Assembly: GCA_030324005.1 (NCBI GenBank)
Contig: JARDVH010000169.1
Location: 24,336,284 to 24,400,283 of the forward strand
Origin: Negaprion brevirostris
Lineage: Eukaryota
Direction of reading: 5' to 3'
DNA: 64,000 nucleotides
Shown: piece by piece, positions 39,800 to 50,900 of the stretch
How the letters are laid out: each line of letters starts with the position of its first letter
How positions within the stretch are numbered: the stretch's first letter is position 1
The notes under the pieces: generated by a model
Seen by the model: only the letters and a program-made list of their open reading frames with translations
Databases searched by the model: none
What the model was told of the DNA's origin: nothing
Program-made: the position numbers and the translations under genes

Positions 39800-40595
39800 T
39801 TAATATGGTGGTTATAAAATCAGACTTGTAATGCAGAGGCCTGGAATAACAAACTGGAGATGTGAGTTTCAATCCCACTACAACAGTTGAGGAATTAAAT
39901 GAATCAGAAATAAAAAGCTAGTATTAGTAATGGTGACCCAGGAAAAACCCACTGGGTTCAATAATGCTCTTAGAGAGCAAGGTCTGCTCGCCTGGCCTGG
40001 TCTATATGTGATTCCATGCCCGCAATATGAAATTGTTTAGCAAGCTGCTCATTTGTAGGTATATTCCCAGCACCTTTCCAGGAGCAATTAGACTGTACAA
40101 TTAGTTTAAAGTTTATTCATCAATGTCACAAGTAGGCTTACATTAACGTTGCAATGAAGTTACTTTGAAAATCCCCTAGTCACCACACTCCGGCACCCGT
40201 TCGGGTACACTGAGGGAGACTTTCGTATGGCTAATGCACCTAACCAGCACGTCTTTCGGACTGTGGGAGGAAATCGGAGCACCTGGAGGAAACTCACGTA
40301 GACATAGGGAGAACGTGCAGGCTCCGCAGACAGTGACCCAAGCTGGGAATCGAACCCGGGTCCCTGGCGCTGTGAGACAGCAGTGCTAACCCACTGTGTG
40401 GCCGTGCCCCCGGGAATCGAACCGGGGTCCCTGGTGCTGTGAAGCAGTAGTGCTAACCCACTGTGTCACCGTGCCCCTGGGAATCGAACCCGGGTCCCTG
40501 GCGCTGTGAAGCAGTAGTGCTAACCACTGTGCCACCATGCTGCATCCTCCCGCCCTGCCATTAGAGCGCACATCCTGTGAATGAATAAATAAAAC
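39800..40595. mobile_element. Family-B SINE (+) interrupted by an HE1/V-SINE (-, about 40105-40543) with a triplicated head
   Basis: The host tail is split around the insert, and the insert has three 67-bp tRNA-head repeats. Confidence 0.8.
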
Positions 40596-40862
40596 CTATT
40601 CCTCTATTCCTGTTTCCCTCATTTAGCCTCTACTTGAATGCATCCAAGCTATTTGCCTTATGTAATAACTTGTCTTTGTGTGAAGACATCTCCCTTGAAG
40701 TGACTACAATACAAGGGGGTTGACTAAAGAACCTGAGATGTCAATGCAAGTTCTTTCTTTCAAAGTGCCAGTAAACTGCTATAGTGGCACATTGCAATAC
40801 TACGACTGTTAAGACACTCAACTAATGGATCCACGAATGCTGGCCAAGAGCTGGTTTCTTAC

Positions 40863-41061
40863 CGGGCCATACTGGTTCATCTCCTGGTTCTGTTTCTCTT
40901 GCAGGGCAGCCACTGTGGCAGTGGCAGTTGCTGTTGCTGTTGCTGCGGCAGCTGCAACTGCTGCCGCTGCTGCTGCGGCGGCTGGCTGGGTAAAATCCGT
41001 TGGTGGCCTGCTGTGCGGAGGAATGCCCATGGAGCCAGGAGCATTGGGACCACCAGGGTAA
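40863..41061 (-). CDS. ZMIZ2: ZMIZ exon D (199 nt), alanine/threonine-rich motif: [16 protein letters not shown]...[40 protein letters not shown]
   Basis: Overlaps ORF 40818..41030. Acceptor ttccag, donor gtaaga. Confidence 0.96.
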
Positions 41062-41182
41062 CTGGAAGAGAAACAACATACAGTTGGGCATCATCTCTCT
41101 CAATAGCAGGTAAAAAATAAGCAGAACTCAAGTCATCAGACACAGATATTATTTCACTTCTCTCTGTAGGTTCAAAGTGATA

Positions 41183-41470
41183 ATCATAGAATCCAAAAGT
41201 GCAGGAGACCATTCGGCCCTTCGAGTCTGCACTGACCACGATCCCAGCCAGTCCCTATCCCCACAACCCCCATGCATTTACTTTAGTTAATCCCTCTGAC
41301 ACAAAGTGGCAACTTAGCATGGCCAGTCCACCTAGCCCGCACATCTTTGAACTTTAGGAGGAAATCCACGCAGACCCGGGGAGAACATGCAGACTCCGCA
41401 CAGACAATGACGCAAGCCAGGAATTGAACCTGGCGATGCAAGGCAGCAGCACTAACCGCTGTGCCATCGC
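41183..41470 (-). mobile_element. HE1/V-SINE, CR1-type tail
   Basis: Head, V-domain and tail recognisable by similarity to the other copies in the window. Confidence 0.85.
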
Positions 41471-42211
41471 TCCACAACACTAAACTGTACGAGCATTGTT
41501 AGACAGTAATAATGTTGGGGGGTGCACCCTGCCATGCACAAAGTGAAAAGGCAGAGGTTAATGCTTGAAATTCCCCCATATGTGAGGAGGTAGTGAATGT
41601 AGATCTGCGCATTCTTGGAAGGAGGGTGAGGAATGCACACTTTTCAGTGCCTCACAGTGAAGGAGTTGCTTCCTTAGCCACAGAATGGCACGTTGCCCAC
41701 CAGGGAGGGAGAGCAGAGAAGGTTGTCTTTAAAGAACTAAATCGGGTCCTGAACATCTACAGTGGAAGCAAGGAGTGAAGGTTTTGGAGTTTTTAAAGTG
41801 AAGGTAGGAGAAGGACCAGGTTGGACCAGGGACACACCTGGCACACAATGCCAGTCAGGCCAATGTCAAGTGGTCTGGGAAACACCCACTTGTTATTAGA
41901 AGCTCACCCAGTTAGCTGTACAATAAAGCGGATGAGGCATTGAGCCTGACCTGGATATTTTCAACCAACACCCCCAAATAAAAACATATTAGCCTCCCAA
42001 AAAAGTGAAACAGCGGTGGCGGGTCACATGAAAATTGTACCAGCTGGAATGTTCAGAAATATAAGTACAAATCCCCTCACTGTCACTGATTGAATTATTT
42101 TCAGCCATCTCCACATGCTCCCATTGTTCAAGTGACCATTTATTTCTGCTGGTTTGGTCTTGTGTGTGCTCCCCCAGAATCGTGCTGAGTCACCAACAGT
42201 GTGGGCTTTAC

Positions 42212-42432
42212 CTGCTCCCAAAGTTGCCACTTCCAGGGTAGTTTGGTCGCCCGTACATGCCCTGCTGCATGTATGCTTGGTTGGAACCACCCTTGCCCGC
42301 TGAGAACTGCTGCTGCTGACTGGCAAACTGAGGCGAGTTGATTCCAGGATTGTTTGCTGACATCCCAGAGCCCATTGGGTTGCCCCCAGGAGTCATGGGG
42401 TTACTGGCATTTGCCATTGGATTTCCCAGCAC
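42212..42432 (-). CDS. ZMIZ2: ZMIZ exon C (221 nt): [13 protein letters not shown]...YPGSGNFGS
   Basis: Within ORF 42208..42597. Acceptor aagcag, donor gtaaag. Confidence 0.94.
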
Positions 42433-42529
42433 CTGCTTACAGGATGAGAAAGTAACTGTATTAAAAGGCACTGGAAAGAGAGACAGTAAAGCATTCAGTT
42501 CTATGTAAGAGTGGTAACATGGATGAAGA

Positions 42530-42930
42530 ATGGTGGCATAATGGTAATTGCACTGGACGAAGGGGCAAACCCCAAAAGCTTGTGAGTTTACTATCAAATA
42601 AATTGGTTGGACTTAAACCTGGTGTTGTCAGACCTCTTACTGTGTGTAGCCCAGTCCAACGCCGGCATCTCCACACCATAATCCAGAAGCCCAGGTGAAT
42701 GCTCTGGGGATATGGGTTCAAATCCCACTACGGCAACCATTGGAATTTAAATTCAATCAATCAAGCTTGAACTGACCATGGCAGCTATCATCAACTGATG
42801 TAAAAAAAAAACTCAAATCAGTTTGGAGATGTCCTTTAGGGAAAGAAATCTGCCATCCTCATCTGATTTGGCCTAAATGTGACTACTACAGTACTTTGGG
42901 TTTGCCTCTGGATGATGTCCTCTTGATCTG
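42530..42930 (+). mobile_element. Family-B SINE with a nested Penelope-type short element (about 42555-42678)
   Basis: The SINE head cactggac...taatccag is split by the insert. Confidence 0.7.
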
Positions 42931-43339
42931 CACTGAAATGTTTCAGGACACACATGTGGACTGACCAATGAGCCATTGGCAGGCCATCGGACCTCGCAGC
43001 TGCTCCCAGCCTGTCCATGCCAAATATCCACAGGCTTGTTGTTCCAGCGCAGGAGTGCACTCTGTGAGCTCTGAAACTGAATCTCCACTGCTAACCTGGC
43101 TGAGATGAACAAACTCAATCCAGAGGGAGGTCAAGCCCCCAGCCTTCCTGTTTTACACGACCTGCTTATAGCAGTTGCGCCACTGGTTGGTTTTCAGCTG
43201 CTCTGGTGTTCTAGGCTGCCAGAACTTGATGCAACCACATTGCAAACAATTGTAATAAGTGACTTTTTAACTAGTTTAGTTAATTATTTGCCATGAAGAT
43301 TGCCTCAGTTTATGGTAAATTTACAGCACACACACATTA

Positions 43340-43519
<180 letters not shown>

Positions 43520-43914
43520 TCACTCATCCCAAAACCATTCCCTACAGTTATACATGATCAGAATTCGGAATAGATATGCTAAGCAGTTTGAATAAACTGC
43601 TGAGTTCAAACAGAAGTGGCACAGCCTGAGGCAAATTGGAGATTCATTGTTGCAAACAGTTCTCGCATAGTGGTGGATCCTTGGAACAGCCGGGTTAAAA
43701 AATAAACAGCAGGAAATGGCTGGCTTCCTTTGAAATTCTTTATAACACTTTGAAGTTTGCTGTACTGACCTCCTGAAGCAATATTAGCAGGTCTTCACAC
43801 TCAGTTGAATGCTAGGGGGTGCATTTCAGGCTGTGGGAGTGTTTAAAGTGAACCAGTAGCAGAAGAACAGCAATTAAAGAAATATTGATTCATCTGTTAT
43901 GGTTAAATACAGTT

Positions 43915-44040
43915 GCCTGATGAAGGAGCAGCATTCCAAAAGCTCGTGCTACCAAGTAAACGTGTTGGACCTTAACCTGGTGTTGTGAGACCTCTTGCGA
44001 CGCCTACCCCAGTCCAACGCCGGCAACTCCACATCATGGC
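43915..44040 (+). mobile_element. Penelope-type short repeat with a hammerhead-like core
   Basis: ctgatgaaggagcagcattccaaaagctcgtgcta...ccagtccaacgccggcaactccacatc. Confidence 0.6.
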
Positions 44041-45520
44041 CTTTAAAATGGTTCATGAGTTGACACCAAGTTTTGGATGTGAAGGTAATTTGGTCTATTT
44101 TGGTGTCCAGAATGAGCCTTAAGGCTCCCATTCAATTGGTTCTTAAATCAATTCCAGGGATTTGGTCTCCACTCCCTCCCAGGATATTCATTCCATATGT
44201 TCATTACACTTCCTCATGTGATGAATGGTTTCATGGCATCAGTCGTACATTCACCTTTTCTTTTGTTTGAATCTGTTCTCCTTTCACAAGTTAATATTCT
44301 AGATTCATCTCTACTGGCTTAACTATCCTAAGATTCCACTGAAATATGATCTGTCAGATACCCGTTCTTCAGGCTAAAAAGTTCAAATTTCTCCAGTCGA
44401 TCCTCGTCAAACTGGTGAAACAAGGTATCAGACCTATTTACATTCTCTGCACTGCCTCCGGTGCTTAAGAACATAGGACTCAGTGACAGGTGTAGGCCAT
44501 TTGGCCCCTTTAGCCTGCCCCGCTATTTGATAAGATCATGGCTAATCTAGTTGTGATCTGAGCTCCAGTTTTCTGTCTGCCCCCTGCCACCCAATCCTTG
44601 ACTCCCTTATACATCAAAAATTTTTTGAGTTGATTTATCATTGTCACATGTATTAACATATAATGAAAAGTATTGTTTCCTGCGCTCTATACAGACAAAA
44701 CATACTGTTCATAGAGAAGGAAAGGAGAGAATGCAGAATTTTCAAATCCTTTAATGCTGCATTGAATAAATTCAAAGATACTGGGAATGCTTGAATGTCT
44801 GTCTCCCTGTGTCTTGATNNNNNNNNNNTTGATGATGAGAAACAGGCATCACATTTAAAGTGAGGCCTGATCAGAGCATTGTCCACTGTGTTGACTATAA
44901 TTCATCATTTATTGGTTTTGTTCACTGATGCTCTGCTTTGATTGGACATAATGTGCCTGCCTATTAAGCCTCCAAGTTTTCTCTTGACTTCCACTGTTGT
45001 TATTTCAATGCCATTCTAAATTTGTTGCTTCATTTTTTTCCCTATATGTACCAAGTGGGAAGTTGACCTGTAATAAAATCATTTACACTGTTCTTCTCAC
45101 CTGCTTACCTCACCCAATACGCTCTGTAATTTCAGAATAACCAGCTTGATGCCCACCCTAACTTTATACCACCTGCACGCTTTGTGTTGGGTTTCTAAAC
45201 TCAAGTTGTTGATGTAAGTGAGAAGCAGTGACTTCCAATGTGAGTTTCCAACTCCACAGGTTATTGGTTGCAGCAAGGAAGAAGGGACTAGGGGAGTGTC
45301 AGGGGGCTCATCAGTGACATCTAGAGTTGTGGGAGTGACATTAAAATGAGACAGGCAGCAGAGCAATGGTGCTTCTGAGGAATGGGGGTTGGTGGAAGAG
45401 AAGAGGAAAGTGTGCTATGGGAAAAGCCACCAAAAGGTAGGGGGGACACAGGGGCCAAGGGTGTACTCCACTGAACTGACAGCCANNNNNNNNNNTCTGA
45501 GTTTGAAGTGTGAACGTTAC

Positions 45521-45810
45521 TGTCGAACCACGCCTGACATCTCAGAGAGTGAGCAAAACAGCAACCTAAACAAGCCGGAGGCAGGCAAGATAGCGAGATC
45601 CCATCCTCCATATGAACAATGTCTCTGAAAGGCATACATTTCAACTGTCGTGCAGAAAAATTGATTGTTCAATGTCGGGAGCCAATGTGCACCTGATTCA
45701 ACAATAAGACCCATTCGGCCCCTTGGCTACACATGAAACCAATCAAGGCTCGTCCAATTGTGACCACTGGGAGCTTCAGGTTACTTTGTCCAGTCAACAG
45801 GAAGTTGCCT
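45521..45810 (-). promoter_or_regulatory. Second candidate internal promoter/alternative first exon
   Basis: Three CCAAT boxes (about 45682, 45739, 45754) and an ETS-like ACAGGAAGT lie upstream of ATGs whose frame reaches a CA|GTAACG donor in phase with exon B. Confidence 0.35.
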
Positions 45811-46748
45811 GTGTCACAAGGGTCAGTGAAGCACTGTGCAACCACCCTCCGCACCACTACTCAAAGATGACTCCCAGATTAATTACTAATAAGAAAACAC
45901 AACATTACAAACTAGCAGCCAGCTCCAACCTACAAAAGGACAATAAAACTGAACCTGCTGGCAAGAAGATTATACATTTCAGGAACATGTTTAATTACTT
46001 GGGTAATAAAATACTCCATTAATCACCCACACACACACGTCACTGGATAGTGAGTAGGCGAGGACAATGGTCTGAGTTTCACTTCCCTAAATCTAAAAGC
46101 ATCAAAGTTAAATGAAATATCTCCATTACTCTGTCCCTGGTTGCAATCGCCTATCTCTCTGTTCAAACATAACAGGTGTAGCCTCCTCAGAATGGGGTGT
46201 TTTTTCTTGTTTGACTCTGCATTTCACAAATTATCAGAGATACAAGAGACCAGAACAAAAGGGTGGCTGAAGCCAGTTTGTTATTTCATGCAGCACGGCA
46301 GGCAGCTGAATATAAGGACAATTCTGAAAGACTTAATAAACCCTCAGATGCATTCTTCTGAAACTGTTCAGCAGTAATAACGGGAGGCATTATTCAGAAT
46401 TAGCTCCGTAGACCAAGCTTTGCCAGTTTCATTAATAAAAAATTAGCAGACTCATCCAGCTAATTAACAACGGCAATTCCAACTTACAATCTTCACCAAA
46501 TAATGTTGCTTTATAACTCAACATCCCAAAAAGCTAGTCTCAGCAGNNNNNNNNNNCCCAGAATATCATCAACTTAGCTGTCACACTCCGCACTCTCTCC
46601 ATTTTCATCAGCAAACAGTACCTGCCTGGACACATCCCCAAAGCACAGATATCATTCTTCCTTCTAACCCTGTACGACTCACTTTGACTTTGAAAGCTGC
46701 TAATGAAACATGTTGGCACCACTGAGATCCAAGTTTGACCACAGCAAT

Positions 46749-46978
46749 CGGAAGGTCACCAACAGTCCCAGAGATCAGCAGATCTCCAGTGATCCCAGAG
46801 ATATGGAAATCACCAATAGTCGTAGAGATCAGCAGATCACCAACAGTCCCAGGGATCAGCAGATCTTCAGTGGTCCCAGGGAACAGCAGATCACAAACAG
46901 CCTCAGAGATCAGCAGATCACAAACAGCTGCAGAGATCAGAAGATCACCAACAGTCTCTGGGATCAGATCACCAACAA
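46749..46978. repeat. 27-bp minisatellite, about 8.5 copies
   Basis: Unit cagagatcagcagatcaccaacagtcc; appears as ITNSPRDQQ repeats in ORF 46710..47120. Confidence 0.9.
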
Positions 46979-47179
46979 TTGGTGCAATCCTCGTGAATAC
47001 AATGTATTACCCTTTAAAACACTGTTGTGGGAAATTATCAAAGAGCAGTTCATTGCTGCATGTCTCTGTAAGGAAGTTTTACTCGTGTTTAATGCAATGG
47101 CCCTCAGTTTTAAGCTATAGATCAGTTCTGCGGACAGGTGGAAAGGTGACTGTAGAAAATCTGAGCTATATTGACTAAC

Positions 47180-47333
47180 CTGTGGGGTCCAGGAGGGAGT
47201 GTTGGTTTCATGGAGTTCATAGGGTTCATTGGTGGCTGCATGGGCAGTTTACCAGGGGTGTCGTTCTGACGGCTCTTCTGGTGACGGAGTAACAGGAGTC
47301 GCCCTAAATCCTCGCACCACGATGACAGGAGAG
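47180..47333 (-). CDS. ZMIZ2: ZMIZ exon A (154 nt): [51 protein letters not shown]
   Basis: Not in the ORF track; read by hand. Acceptor tgcacag, donor gttagt, phase 1 to 2. Matches the end of the ZMIZ1 N-terminal domain followed by a ZMIZ2-like MNxMNxMKPxLPPxPH. Confidence 0.93.
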
Positions 47334-47589
47334 CTGTGCAGAGAGAAAAGAACCATCATAAGAACCTTACCCTTCCAAAAAGAACTGGTGATGACAAGTT
47401 TGAAAGTTTTTGCACATTAAGGTCTTTAATTGTGAAGATCGGCTGGGATTATATTTGATGGTTGTCAGGAGATAGCTACTGCTCTATCAATCACGCGCAC
47501 ACACATAGGTGCAATCACAATGACACAGTCACACACTAAAACATACAACCATGCACAGATCCAGAATCAACCAAACACACACACACACC

Positions 47590-47890
47590 TATCATAGAAA
47601 CCTATCACAATGCAGAAAGAGGCCATTCAGCCCTTGGAGTCTCCATGACTCTTTGACAGAGTATCTTATCCAGGCCCTTTTCCCCAACCCTATTCCTGAA
47701 GTCCCACATATTTATCCCCTTTACCCCCCAACCTACAGATCTTGGGACACTAAAGGGCAGTTTAACATGGCCAATCCACCCAAGCTGCACATCTGTGGGA
47801 GGAAATCAAAGCTCCTGGAGGAAACCCACACAGACATGGGGAGAATGTGCAAACTCCACAGACAGTCACCCAAGGCTGCAATTGAACTAG
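47590..47890 (-). mobile_element. HE1/V-SINE, CR1-type tail
   Basis: Similarity to the other V-SINE copies in the window. Confidence 0.85.
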
Positions 47891-48431
47891 AGACTTGCCC
47901 GCCTAAATCAAAGGTCATCATTTGTGAAACAGACAAAATGGAGGCTTCCTCATTGGGACTGTTTGCTCCTGCATCAACAACCAGACAGCACACAATATTC
48001 ACCATCCCTGTGCAGCTGACCTGCCCGCATCAAACTGTCAGATTACATGTAATGGTTATTTTACATAAAAATATGTCTGTGGAACAATGGTGGTAATTTA
48101 CACTCATCCAGGGCACACTTCCAATAATCCTGCTAAGCCTGTTCAAAATTTCTGACGCAAAGCTGAAGGATTTATTGATGGCTTGAGTGGCTTTGCTCTG
48201 TACTTTTCTGGCTTTTTATTTATTCCAACACATTCAACACAAGTGCCTAACAAGAAGGATCAGAGACACAGAGCATTTAACTAAAGTGCTAATGTCTTCA
48301 GAGGGAGCTCAGCTACAGAATCACCTGCTTGGGCTCCTTCCTCAGGTAGATTTGTCTCACTGCAGTTTGCAGGGATGTCCTCAGTATTGGACAACCTCAG
48401 CATTGTCTTTATTACAGCTGTCCTCGAATAA

Positions 48432-48702
48432 ATTTAAGTTTACTTATTCAGGCTTACATTAAGACTGCGACGAAGTTACTGTGAAAGTCCCCTAGTCCTC
48501 AGTCTGGCGCCTGTTCGGGTACACTGAGGGAGAAATTAGCAGTGCCAATGCATCTAACCTGCATGTCTTTCAGACTGTGGGATGGTGCGGGAGCACCCTG
48601 AGAAAACCCATGAAGAGACAGGGAGAACATGCAAACTCTACAGTGACCCAAGCCGCATATCGAACCCAATCCCTGGCAGCAGTGTTACGCATTGCACCAC
48701 TG
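48432..48702 (-). mobile_element. V-SINE with the alternative tail
   Basis: V-domain plus a tail similar to 53505-53610. Confidence 0.8.
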
Positions 48703-49369
48703 TTACAAATGAATATGATGTTATGATATTCATTAAGAAGTAACTAGCTGCTATGGGGATGTACATGTGGAGTGCCCCATTGTACTGCTGCACTGCAGTC
48801 ATGCGATGACAGTTTGTCAACTACTTGGAGAAATGCAAGATATACACTCAGCAAAGCCTTAATGTCTGATTCTTTCGAACTTATAGGAAACAGGACACAT
48901 GACATATCGGAGGACGGGGGGGTGGGTGGGAGAAGAGGAGAGAGAGAGACTGAGAGGTGGTACTTTAGATTGCGCAGTGGAATGGTCAGTGCTGCTTTCG
49001 GTTAAGTGAAAGAAGGGCTTTTGTACATCTGACGTTTTGTCACATCTCCAGCTTCACTGGGCACCTCAAGAGCCGAGTGAAGGCAGTGCCAGTCCATTTG
49101 GCATAAGTGGGTGGCCTCACAAGCCCTTGCGCCAGGGAGAGACTGGATTTCCACCAGGGATTCTGGCCCACAATCCAGTGATGCCTGCTGCCGGAAAGCA
49201 TAGCCGTGGATCTGTCAGGTGAGAGAGGTGGGATCAGCCCCTACCAAATCAGCCTCGCAAGACTATTTCTTGCCCACCCCGAAATATCCAGGTTCACAAG
49301 AAGGTGCGACAAAGGATGACATTGGGAATGAGAGGTTCTAACCATCAGGAAAAACTTGAACAGCATTGT

Positions 49370-49460
49370 TTCTCTAGAGAAGTGGAGGCAAAGGGGTGAC
49401 CTGAAAGATAGAGGTCTTTGAAAGTAAGAAGGTTTCTGATAGCAGAAACGCAAACAAGAG

Positions 49461-49494
<34 letters not shown>

Positions 49495-49822
49495 TGGGGG
49501 GGAGGCAGACAGATACCAAGTTTAGGGATCATCAACCTAAGATAGCCACTAATATATCCAATATGTAATTCAGGAGAAATCTCTTTTACAGAGAGTAGTT
49601 AGAATGTAGCACTCTCTATCTCCAGGAGTAGCTAAAGCAAAGAGCATAGATATATTTAAGGGGAAGGTAGACAAACAAGAAGGAGAAACAACTAGAGGGA
49701 GAAACAACTAGAGGGTTACTTGGTGGGTTTCGATGGGTAAAACAGCCATTGTGGTATATAAGCATTAGCGTGGGCCAGTTGGGCCAAATGGCCTGTTTTG
49801 CTGCTATACATTGTGTATGATT
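49370..49822 (+). mobile_element. CR1 3' end containing a (GT)n microsatellite (49463-49492)
   Basis: CR1 3' motifs and tail gggccaaatggcctgtt. Confidence 0.75.
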
Positions 49823-50359
49823 CTTACACTCAGCTCAATGCTCTTGAATGTACTTTAGTAAGGCGCTGCATGACTGTTGAACTCTCAGGTACTGAGCAGT
49901 AGCTCCCCAGCATGGCTGTACTGCTCTTGGACAGAAAATGGAGGTATCGCGGACATCGCTGGAAGGGGTTTCATAGAATCATCCAGTGCTAAAGAGGTGA
50001 AATTCTTAAAAGAAAAAAAAATCAGGTTTCCTATTTGAAATGTTGCCTTCATTCATTCATTCTTTGTAGTAAAACCAGGGCTACAGTTTTGAAACATTTT
50101 TCGAACCTGTTTAGATGGCCCTCATGGTTGATATTTAATTTTGAAGTTGCATTCAATCTTCCATTGTGTCTTCCTCTGGGGAATCAAGTGGTGCCGGTCC
50201 TGTGGATAGCCACAAGGTGGCAGTCCCAGCAAACCTTTAAACCTAAAAGGAGCCTCACTTACAGTGGGAGGGATTTACCAATAAGCATTCGATCACATCA
50301 GATGGATCACTACTACGAATGTGTTGACTGCGAGCAGCCCTTGTCTTTTTTTCTCTTAC

Positions 50360-50900
50360 CCCACCTGATACTATTACTGCACTGCAGATGTCATTGCTGT
50401 CGAGCACAGCCGCTTTGTATTGAGCGCAGTGCTGTGAATGCTACTTAGGGGAACAAAGTGCACATTGAGACAACGGGCAGCCATGTCAAAACATACACAC
50501 ACTGCAGCTTCCACAGCTCAGAGGCCCCTAGACTGCTCTCTGTACGGTATAAACCGGCCATTTTGAGAGAGAGAGAGAGAGAAAAACGATCTGTGTGTGC
50601 GCGCACACACAAACGATGTGTCTGCTTGAGGTTGCTGGTGACAGGGCAAGCAGTATATCCTGCCCCGGCCATTTCTCTCCCTTTTTTTTGAAGGAAAGGA
50701 AACCTCTTGTTTTCAGACTCTGTAGATCCCGTGCAATACTTGCACTGGGCTGGAACTGGCTGTCGTCGAAAATGGAATTAGAGTCAGAAAATTAAACATT
50801 CCCTGAGAGGCTAATTTAACTGTATCTCCCCCCCTCCACCCAGTCCCACACGCTGCCCCCCGCCCCTCCACCCCCACAACCATCTGTAAAACTAGCTCAC
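50360..50900 (-). promoter_or_regulatory. Candidate internal promoter and non-coding alternative first exon
   Basis: No recognised transposon and locally CpG-enriched. Two YY1-like CCGGCCATTT motifs, a GC box (ccccgcccc, about 50857-50866), and a strong donor GG|GTAAGA ending at 50360. Confidence 0.5.

Noticed and set aside
40345-40543. tRNA gene cluster
   Set aside because: A and B boxes are present but attached to a SINE body; these are tRNA-derived SINE heads.
46749-46978. Regularly spaced repeats resembling a CRISPR array
   Set aside because: Units are contiguous with no unique spacers, there are no cas genes, and the context is a vertebrate intron.
47551-48096. 181-aa + strand ORF
   Set aside because: Mostly antisense SINE and a microsatellite; no recognisable protein.
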